64,000 nucleotides of DNA from Candidatus Sulfomarinibacteraceae bacterium (lineage in GTDB: Bacteria > Acidobacteriota > Thermoanaerobaculia > Thermoanaerobaculales > Sulfomarinibacteraceae): NCBI GenBank assembly GCA_963796455.1, contig CAWCLO010000001.1, positions 640,001 to 704,000 of the forward strand. Direction: 5' to 3'. Under the pieces are notes generated by a model. The model saw only the letters and a program-made list of their open reading frames with translations, did no database searches and was not told the origin of the DNA. Position numbers and translations under genes: made by a program. The first letter of the stretch is position 1. Each line of letters opens with the position of its first letter. Below are positions 8,906 through 16,406 of the stretch, piece by piece.

Positions 8906-10660
8906 TCAGCTTTCATCGCCGCGACGAATCAAACCCCTTCGGTTCGCACAATCGATGCGAACGTCGAGGGGTTGTTCCACCCGCACGTGGCGGACGCTTC
9001 GGCTCTCCCACACCGACTCCTGCCCGTCGAGCCAGTCGTAATCGATCCGTCCCTTGCCGTCTTCTTCGATCGACATATAGAGCACCTGGTGGCTGAGGAG
9101 GCGATGGAAGAAATGAGTGCCGTGGCTGAGACTCGTCGGCGTGTCGGGCAGGGTCGCCTCCACGATCACTCGAGCGGCCGAGATCTGACCCCACTTGACC
9201 GGAACCCCAAAACGGTCATCGGTCGTGCCCCACCGGCCGAGACCGATAAAAATCCCGTGCCGGCCTTCTTCGACCAGGCCACGGTTGACTGCTTCGAGCT
9301 CGGAGGCCATCATCCGGGTCATCCCACGATCAAAGAACTGGGGACGCAAATAGATGATGTCGGTCAGATCGTTGCGTGAACCGTGACCGAGGCAATTGTC
9401 GGAAGCCACCAACACGCGATCGGCATCGAGGTCATCGTCTTCGATCGGCGACCGTTCGCCGGGGGTCAGCATCGGCCGCAGTTGCAGCAACCCCACCTTC
9501 ATCGGCAGACCGTTGTCGGGGTCGAGGTCGGCGGCAATCTCGATCTCCGCCTCACCATTGACGACATTGCACGACAATTCCAACAACCGTTCCACCACTG
9601 GCGTGAAGGGAATCGTTCGCGACTCCAGCAGGGGCGCAAAAGTGAGTGCTCGCGGGCCCGGATCGCCGATCCCCGATTGCAGCCGGTCGGACGAAGGATC
9701 ATAGGTCGAGGCGAGGAACTTGAGGGTGCCGTCGCTCTCGGCGGTGGCCAGACCGGATCGGAGAAGACAGGTGGTCTCTCGAACCGGATCGGGAGGCGGC
9801 GGGTCGCCCACATTGACCGTCCAGAAACTGTTCTGGGTGTATTTGAGAAGGTCCCCGGTGCTCTTGAAGGGAGGCGGCGCGGTCGGTCGAAGCGGGCTGT
9901 AACTCCACACGTGGCCACCGTCAGAGATGGTCTTTCCGAGCCCGAGGGCCACCGAAACAACCCCGTCTTCGCGTTTGTTGCCCGGCACCGGATAGTGGTT
10001 GTAGGACCTGGCGACCGCCGAGATCGTCGGATAAAAACGACCGTCGTGGCGCCGGCCCATCACCTCTTGGATCACCACCGCCATTTTTTCGGAGTCGGCG
10101 TCTAGCCCTGCGGCGCGTCTCGAGCTGACGGCGTTGGCAAAAAAGGTCGAGGCCCAGGCGAGGCGAAGCGCACCGGACAGACGGCGATAACGAACGTTGT
10201 CGTCTTCTTCGGTGTTTGGAATCAACTTCGAGGTGAAGATGCCCGCAAAGGCGCGATCATGGGTGTCTTCGAGATAGCTCGAGGGACGGACCACCAGCGG
10301 TGTCTTGATGACACCCAGAAAGGCCCCGAGTTGTTCACGAACATCGGCGGGAAGTTCGCCCCCCTGGAACTCACGCGCGATCTTGCTGTCGGGGAGGTCT
10401 TCGTCGAGAATCCTCCACAAACCATTGCGATCCATGAAGGCCGAAAAAACACCGGTGGCCACCACAACGACCCGCGGCACTTCGACCTCGACGCCATCGA
10501 ATTCGGCGGCATCGAAACGGGGAAGGATCTCTTCTCGGATCTGCAGCAGTCCCGAGGCCTTGCCGCCGATATCACCCTCACCGATGACGGCAAAGGAGTG
10601 CTCCGAGCCAAAGGTTTTTGCATCAAACCGGGGGACGTCGACGCCACCAATCATATTCAT
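8906..10660 (-). CDS. PEP/pyruvate-binding (PPDK_N / PEP synthase N-terminal-like) protein
   Basis: IGGKASGL, VVRPSSYLED..FAGIF, MAVVIQEV, GLGKT, LQLRPM; the longer ORF-track N-terminus is translated repeat. Confidence 0.8.
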   Translation of the reverse strand: MNMIGGVDVPRFDAKTFGSEHSFAVIGEGDIGGKASGLLQIREEILPRFDAAEFDGVEVEVPRVVVVATGVFSAFMDRNGLWRILDEDLPDSKIAREFQGGELPADVREQLGAFLGVIKTPLVVRPSSYLEDTHDRAFAGIFTSKLIPNTEEDDNVRYRRLSGALRLAWASTFFANAVSSRRAAGLDADSEKMAVVIQEVMGRRHDGRFYPTISAVARSYNHYPVPGNKREDGVVSVALGLGKTISDGGHVWSYSPLRPTAPPPFKSTGDLLKYTQNSFWTVNVGDPPPPDPVRETTCLLRSGLATAESDGTLKFLASTYDPSSDRLQSGIGDPGPRALTFAPLLESRTIPFTPVVERLLELSCNVVNGEAEIEIAADLDPDNGLPMKVGLLQLRPMLTPGERSPIEDDDLDADRVLVASDNCLGHGSRNDLTDIIYLRPQFFDRGMTRMMASELEAVNRGLVEEGRHGIFIGLGRWGTTDDRFGVPVKWGQISAARVIVEATLPDTPTSLSHGTHFFHRLLSHQVLYMSIEEDGKGRIDYDWLDGQESVWESRSVRHVRVEQPLDVRIDCANRRGLIRRGDES

Positions 10661-10705
10661 GCGCGAAGCCTCGCGCGTTTGCCGCGCCGTGTCAAGCCTC
10701 CGGCC

Positions 10706-10859
10706 GGGGAAAAGGGGAAGGGGGGCACGGGAGAAAGGGGGAAAGGGAGAAAGGGGGAAAGGGAGAAAGGGAGAAAGGGGGACCGTCCGCTCGCTCGATA
10801 CTCGATAGTCGATGCTCGATGCTGGATATCGGATTTCGGATTTCGGATTTCGGATTTCG
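10706..10859 (+). repeat. Stacked arrays (GGGAGAAA)n, (GATGCTC)n, (CGGATTT)4
   Basis: Direct reading; complementary TCTCCCTT array at 11267-11292. Confidence 0.9.
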
Positions 10860-10947
10860 ATCCAGGATGGCTGAGGGGCGGAGGAGAAAGGGAACAAACA
10901 GAGAACCACCCGGCACCGATTTCTCCTGCATGGGAATGTCGCCTCCC

Positions 10948-11070
10948 GATGTCATCCTGAGCGCAGCCCCCACAGGGGCGAAGTCGAAGGATCTATGAGA
11001 TGGACCGTAGAGACTTCCAGCCGCAGATCCTTCGACTTCGCGCCGAAGGCGCTTCGCTCAGGATGACATC
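10948..11070. repeat. Inverted pair of REP-like units (REPIN-like)
   Basis: 10948-10963 is the perfect reverse complement of 11055-11070, and 10979-10994 of 11025-11040; each unit has its own small internal hairpin. Confidence 0.9.
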
Positions 11071-11343
11071 TTGAAAGACAGTTTCCGTTTCCGGACCCGG
11101 CCCCGTTCCCGCACGGGGCGGACCGTACCCAGGATTGCGGGGGGGGCCGGCGGACCGCTCCCCATCCTCGCTCTCGCTATTGAACGGCTGCTATGGATTC
11201 CGATCCCGAAAAGGGAAACGAGGATAAGGGACAACCATGCACCCACCTACTCCAGCGGAAGTTCGATCTCCCTTTCTCCCTCTCTCCCTTTCATTTCCAG
11301 AAGGTGGAGATCTTTCTGCATGAAATTTCAGCCTATAACTCGG

Positions 11344-12333
11344 CTACATCCTCACGATCATGGCCGCCCAATGGAAACCGGCTCCAAAGGCGGTCATGAG
11401 GACCAGATCACCCTTTTTGACACGGCCGTCACGGCGGGCTTCCCACAGGGCGAGGGGCACAGAGGCCGAACCGGTGTTGCCATAACGCTGGACGTTGATT
11501 GCGAGCTTTTCGTCGGGGATCGCGAGCTGTTTCTGCAACGCCAGGATGATCCGGAGGTTGGCCTGGTGCGGCACCACCAGGGCCAGGTCGTCGATTCCGA
11601 CCCCCGCCATCTCCAAAACATCCCTCGACGCCTGGCCCATCCGCGTCACCGCTTCGCGGAAGACCTCGCGACCCTTCATGACGATGTCACGGTGCTCGCG
11701 TTTGAGCACGCTCTCCCGGGTTGTCGGCAGACGGGTGCCGCCGGCCTCGAGTCCGAGAATCCCGGCTTGTGAACCATCGGTGCCGGCGGTGAAACTGAGC
11801 AGTTCGCCACCTTCCGGTTCGGCGCCGATCACCGCCGCTCCGGCCGCGTCGCCGAATAGAACGCAGGTCGTGCGGTCGCTCCAATCCATGAGTCGACTCA
11901 GGAGTTCGACGCCGATCAGCAGGACCCTCTTGTTACCGTCTCTGGCCCGCGACCGGGCCACGTCGAGACCGAGGACGAAGCCCGCACACCCGCTGCTCGC
12001 AAGATCGAATGACGGCACCTCGCGCGCGCCCAGGCGTTGCTGGATGTACGGGGCTGTGTCCGGGATGTAGACCTCGGGTGTGTCGGTCGCAACGATGATT
12101 TCGTCAATATCGGTAGCACCCAGGCCCGCGTCCTCGAGCGCCAGAATCGCCGCCTCCACCGCCAGATCCACCGTGGTCTGGTCCTCGGCGGCGATCCGCC
12201 GCTCCTTGATCCCGGTACGGCTGGTGATCCACTCGTCCGAGGTGTCCACGAACTCGGCCCAGTCGTCGTTGGTCATCACCCTCTCGGGAACATAGGCGCC
12301 CACCCCGAGAATGCCGATGGGGTAGTCGGTCAT
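11344..12333 (-). CDS. fabH: 3-oxoacyl-ACP synthase III
   Basis: DTSDEWITSRTGIKERR, catalytic C (SGCAGF), HQAN, GNTGSAS; start MTDYP. Confidence 0.93.
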   Translation of the reverse strand: MTDYPIGILGVGAYVPERVMTNDDWAEFVDTSDEWITSRTGIKERRIAAEDQTTVDLAVEAAILALEDAGLGATDIDEIIVATDTPEVYIPDTAPYIQQRLGAREVPSFDLASSGCAGFVLGLDVARSRARDGNKRVLLIGVELLSRLMDWSDRTTCVLFGDAAGAAVIGAEPEGGELLSFTAGTDGSQAGILGLEAGGTRLPTTRESVLKREHRDIVMKGREVFREAVTRMGQASRDVLEMAGVGIDDLALVVPHQANLRIILALQKQLAIPDEKLAINVQRYGNTGSASVPLALWEARRDGRVKKGDLVLMTAFGAGFHWAAMIVRM

Positions 12334-12417
12334 TTCCGGCAGACCCTCCTCCGTTTTCCGAATTCGTCGCGTTGAAGCGTACACCAGCCGAGTTCTCCGG
12401 TCCCGATTCCGATGAAA

Positions 12418-12596
12418 GGAGGAAAAGGAGAAAGGGAGAAAGGGAGAAAGGGAGAACCGTACCGGTTGCGTCGTTCGTGATAAGGATCGTGTCTCCTCTG
12501 CTCCTCTGCTCCTCTGCTCCTCTGCTCCTCTGCTCCTCTGCTCCTCTGCTCCTCTGCTCCTCTGCTCCTCTGCTCCTCTGCTCCTCTTCTCCTCTG
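12418..12596 (+). repeat. (GGGAGAAA)n array followed by (CTCCTCTG) x13
   Basis: 11 consecutive exact octamers 12493-12580, one variant, one more exact copy. Confidence 0.95.
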
Positions 12597-12612
12597 CCCG
12601 AACTGGGGAGAC

Positions 12613-12643
12613 AAAAAAAACGGCCCGGGAAAATCCCGGGCCG
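12613..12643 (-). terminator. Rho-independent terminator of the TonB receptor gene
   Basis: Stem CGGCCCGGGA/TCCCGGGCCG, 3-nt loop, 8-nt U tract on minus strand, ~25 nt after the stop. Confidence 0.85.
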
Positions 12644-12667
12644 TCTGGGTTGGTATCAGTTGATCGG

Positions 12668-15600
12668 TTAGAACGACCAGCGCAGACCGAGGCGCATCCG
12701 CCAACGCGAACGAAGGTCGTCGATGGTGTAGAGGTCGGTGTTCTCCGGGTCGGTGACGACATTGCGGAGCTCGTAGATGGGCTTGCCGTCGTCGGTGACG
12801 CCTTCGTAGGAGATCGGCGTCTGGGTCCCGAAAGGAACGTAGAGGACGTGACCGGAGCTGTTGTCGATCATGTTCCAGAAGTTGAGGATGTCGAGTGAGA
12901 CCTGGAGCGACGACCGGCCTGGGATCGGGATGTTCTGGCGGACCGAGAGGTCGGTCTGGGTGATCCAGGGCGTGGTGTACGGGTTGCGCGGCGAGATCTT
13001 GCCGCCGTAGCCGTCGATACCGGTTCGCTCGAGATAGGTCTCGAGCTGGTCCCAGGTGCCGTTGGTGATGACCACGTCATCTGCACCGGAAGGCACGTAG
13101 ATCGGGTCGTTGGATCCGAAGCGGTCTTCGTTGACCGAGGGGAAGAACCAGTTGTAGATGCTCATGTACGGTTTGCCGCTCTGGTGGTTCCAGAACAACG
13201 ACAGGGTCGTCGACCACCTCGACTGCCTGTTGAACTCGTAGTTGAGGTTGATCATCATGCGGTGCTTGATCTCGAAATCGGAAGTCGAGAGACCGGCGTT
13301 GTTCGGGTCGGGCGCTTCGTTGTACTGCCAGTTGGAGACCGCACGGCTCGAGGTGGCGTCGTTGACCACGTTGGAATCACCGTAGGTGTAGGAGGCGATG
13401 CCCCAGAAGGGCAGCTGGCCGTAAGGCAGTTCCACCTTGAGGATTCCGTTGAAGGCGTCGCCCTTGTCGGTGTTGGTGAGGTAGTAGACGCCGGTGTAGT
13501 CGCCGTTCACCCGTTCGTAGATCGGGCGGCCGTCAAAGGGCAGAGTCTCACCGGTCTGCTGAATGTTGAGGTTTTTGTAGTCGATCTCGTTGGTACTCTG
13601 GGCCCACATCACCTCGGCGGTGGCGACCAGGTTGTACCACGGCAGGCGGTGGTCATATGCGACATTGGCTCGCCAGGTTTGGGGGAAGTCGAAACTGGGG
13701 TCGATGGCGTTGATTTCCTCCGAGGTCGAGCCGCCGATGTCCTCCGGCTGGTCGAAGGGATCGGGGTTGAAGGGGATTTCGCCGCGGGCCTCGATGGTCG
13801 TCTGGCGGAGGCCGGTGCGGCCGTAGTTGTTGGAGACCCACACGTAGGGGGTGCGGCCCGAGAAGAGGCCCGCGCCGCCTCGCAGCTGGCTCTGGCCATC
13901 ACCCTTGATGTCCCAGTTGAACCCGATGCGCGGAGACCACAGCATGTTGCCGTCCGGGATGGAGTCGGTGCGGACTCCATACTCATCGTCAACCGCCTCG
14001 TTGTATCCCGGCTTGTCGGGGAAGAGCGGCACATCGAGGCGGAGACCGTAGATCAGAGTGAAGTTCGGCTTCGCGCGCCAGGTGTCGCCGGCGTAGAGGC
14101 TGACCTGGGCGGTGTCGAAGGAGTCGGCCGGATCGTCGGGGAAGTTGGTGTAGGTGTAGTCGTACTCCCGGGCGATGCCGGCGTAGAAGTCTTCGAGCGT
14201 GCTGAACTGATACGAACCGAAACCGTTCTGAATAAAGAGGTTCTTGAAGGTGTAGAACTCGTTGTGGGTGCCGACTACGATCTCGTGGTCGCCGGCAAAG
14301 AAGGTGAAATCGTCGGTGATCTCGATGATGTCGGTATCGAGCGAGTTGTAGGTCGAGAAGGGCTCGCTTCCCATCTCCCAATCGTGGAAGTCACCATCGA
14401 TGTTTTCGATCTCGATCCAGGGGAAGGACACACCCGGCGGGTTGCGATTGTCGCGGATGGTCTGGTAGGTGACGCGCAGCTCGTTGAACATGGTGGCGCC
14501 AAAAACTGCGTTCCACTGACCGACAAAAGAATTTGTTTCGTTCTTGAAATCGTAGGCCTGGCTGTCCCACTCATAGGTGTTGTTGTTCGGACGATTGATG
14601 AGGTTGGCGGCGTCGACATAGTTGTAACGCAGGAGGAAGTTATGGCTCTCGTTGAGGTTCCAGTCCATGCGCAGCAGGATCTTGTCGCTGGGTCGTTCGC
14701 GGGTCTGCTCGGAGGTACCGCCGATGTCGTAACCGTAGGTGCTCTGCACGTACTGCCGCAAAGCCTCGGCCTCGGCGGTGTAGTCGCAGTCCCGCCAGCA
14801 TTGTCCGGTGATGCCATCAAGCGACCATCCGGTCGGCTGGTCGTAGGTGTTGTGGCCGTAGCTGCCGAAGAAGAAGAGCTTCTCCTTGACGATCGGTCCA
14901 CCGAAGGTGAAGCCGTACTCGGAGTCTTCGTAGGTCCCGAACTCCGGGAAACTGGCGGGGCCGCTGCCGACCATGCTGTCGTCACTGTAGTAGCCGAAAA
15001 CGGAACCATGGAACTGGTTCGTCCCCGACTTGGTGATGACGTTGACGCTGCCGCCGGTGAAACCACCCTGGCGGACGTCAAAGCTCGAGGTCACGAGCTG
15101 GAGCTCCTGGATCGCGTCAAACTGGATCGGGTTGGTCCCGGTCTGGCCTCCCGGCGTGCCGGTGTCGGCGAGACCGAAGACGTCGTTGTTGACCGCGCCG
15201 TCGATGGAGATGTTGTTGTAGCGCGGGTTGCGTCCGGAAACCGACAGCACGTTCGGCTCCGACCCGCCTTCGGTGTAGAGCGAAAACACCGGGTTGGTCC
15301 GCGCCATGTCATAGACGCTGCGCTCGAGGGTCGGCAAGGCCTCGAGAGAAGCCTGCGACACCGAACTCGAAACACCCATCTTGGTCGGGCTGATCAGCGG
15401 GCTCGACTCGCCGACGATCTCGATTTCCGCGGTCGCAGCCGCAAGCTGCATGTCGATAACGAGGTTGGTGGTCTCACCCAGACGCACATACACGTTGGGG
15501 ACCATCGCATCCTGAAAACCAGCGAGGCTCGCATCCAAGAGGTACGGCCCGCCGACCTTGACGTTGGGAATCCGGAAGCGACCTTCGGTGTCGGTTACGG

Positions 15601-15775
15601 CACCAAAACGGTTTCCGGTGCTGGTCAGCTCCGCGCGTACCGCCACACCGGGGATCGGATCACCGTTGGGATCCATGACAACACCGGAAAGAGATCCGGT
15701 AGTCACACCCTGGGCATGGGCAAAGCCTCCCAAAAGTGCGACGCAAACCATCAAACATAGCACCTTCTTCATCAT
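12668..15775 (-). CDS. TonB-dependent receptor, Oar-like with carboxypeptidase-regulatory N-domain
   Basis: Signal peptide, GFTGGSVNVITKSGTN plug motif, WSPRIGFNWD, C-terminal RLGLRWSF. Confidence 0.92.
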   Translation of the reverse strand: MMKKVLCLMVCVALLGGFAHAQGVTTGSLSGVVMDPNGDPIPGVAVRAELTSTGNRFGAVTDTEGRFRIPNVKVGGPYLLDASLAGFQDAMVPNVYVRLGETTNLVIDMQLAAATAEIEIVGESSPLISPTKMGVSSSVSQASLEALPTLERSVYDMARTNPVFSLYTEGGSEPNVLSVSGRNPRYNNISIDGAVNNDVFGLADTGTPGGQTGTNPIQFDAIQELQLVTSSFDVRQGGFTGGSVNVITKSGTNQFHGSVFGYYSDDSMVGSGPASFPEFGTYEDSEYGFTFGGPIVKEKLFFFGSYGHNTYDQPTGWSLDGITGQCWRDCDYTAEAEALRQYVQSTYGYDIGGTSEQTRERPSDKILLRMDWNLNESHNFLLRYNYVDAANLINRPNNNTYEWDSQAYDFKNETNSFVGQWNAVFGATMFNELRVTYQTIRDNRNPPGVSFPWIEIENIDGDFHDWEMGSEPFSTYNSLDTDIIEITDDFTFFAGDHEIVVGTHNEFYTFKNLFIQNGFGSYQFSTLEDFYAGIAREYDYTYTNFPDDPADSFDTAQVSLYAGDTWRAKPNFTLIYGLRLDVPLFPDKPGYNEAVDDEYGVRTDSIPDGNMLWSPRIGFNWDIKGDGQSQLRGGAGLFSGRTPYVWVSNNYGRTGLRQTTIEARGEIPFNPDPFDQPEDIGGSTSEEINAIDPSFDFPQTWRANVAYDHRLPWYNLVATAEVMWAQSTNEIDYKNLNIQQTGETLPFDGRPIYERVNGDYTGVYYLTNTDKGDAFNGILKVELPYGQLPFWGIASYTYGDSNVVNDATSSRAVSNWQYNEAPDPNNAGLSTSDFEIKHRMMINLNYEFNRQSRWSTTLSLFWNHQSGKPYMSIYNWFFPSVNEDRFGSNDPIYVPSGADDVVITNGTWDQLETYLERTGIDGYGGKISPRNPYTTPWITQTDLSVRQNIPIPGRSSLQVSLDILNFWNMIDNSSGHVLYVPFGTQTPISYEGVTDDGKPIYELRNVVTDPENTDLYTIDDLRSRWRMRLGLRWSF

Positions 15776-16035
15776 GATTTCTCCTATACCTCCCACACTT
15801 GATGCACAGGACTATACCACCAACTTCGGGCTTCGGAAGGGGTTCTCGACAAGGTCGCTGTAAAGCCTTTGTGAAGCCCGAAGATGACTCCCTGGCCTCC
15901 AATTGAGGGTGTGACTCAAGACCCATGAAAGACCCTTCCCCAGGTTCTTTTTGAGTCTCCGTTTCCCTCTTTCTCCGCCGCCCCGTTTCTCTGTTTCTCC
16001 GGGATTTCGCGGCCTTCGAAACTTCGTTCCGTTTC

Positions 16036-16060
16036 CCTCGTATAGATGTTCGATAGGAGG
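16036..16060 (+). promoter_or_regulatory. Imperfect palindrome over the padR RBS (candidate PadR operator)
   Basis: CCTCGTATAGATGTTCGATAGGAGG, 9 of 11 outer positions pair and it overlaps the SD AGGAGG. Confidence 0.5.
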
Positions 16061-16064
16061 ACTG

Positions 16065-16397
16065 ATGATCGGCAATCGAAAAGAAATCCTGCGCGGAACT
16101 CTCGACATGTTGATCCTCAAAACTTTGTCGCTGACCCCGCTGCACGGCCTCGGGATCTCGCGCCGGATCGAGCAGGTGACGGATGGGGTGTTTCAGGTCA
16201 AGCCGGGATCGCTCTTCCCCGCCCTCCATCGGATGGAACAGGAGGGCTGGATCCGCGGCGAGTGGGGCGAGTCGGAGAACAAGCGGAAAGCGAAGTATTA
16301 CCAACTCACCGCTTCCGGTCAGCGACGGCTCGGTGAAGAAGAACGCGGATGGTCCAGCCTCGTGGTGACCATCGCCAAGGTCCTCGAGGCCCATTGA
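16065..16397 (+). CDS. PadR-family regulator, acidobacterial type
   Basis: GTLDMLILKTL..PLHGLGI, GSLFPALHRME, EWGESENKRKAKYY; SD AGGAGG. Confidence 0.93.
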   Translation: MIGNRKEILRGTLDMLILKTLSLTPLHGLGISRRIEQVTDGVFQVKPGSLFPALHRMEQEGWIRGEWGESENKRKAKYYQLTASGQRRLGEEERGWSSLVVTIAKVLEAH

Positions 16398-16406
16398 GGA
16401 GGCGTT

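Noticed and set aside
10661..12762. Long N-terminal extensions of the PPDK_N-like protein and FabH in the ORF track (also at 30846, 50865, 58586)
   Set aside because: They are translations of microsatellites (RNPKSEI, RSRGAEEQ, FRIPNSE, PFLPFS); family-typical starts lie downstream.
13184..15760. 858-aa plus-strand ORF (likewise 25738-27825 and 53237-54712)
   Set aside because: Antisense shadows of well-supported genes, expected with GC-rich codon bias.
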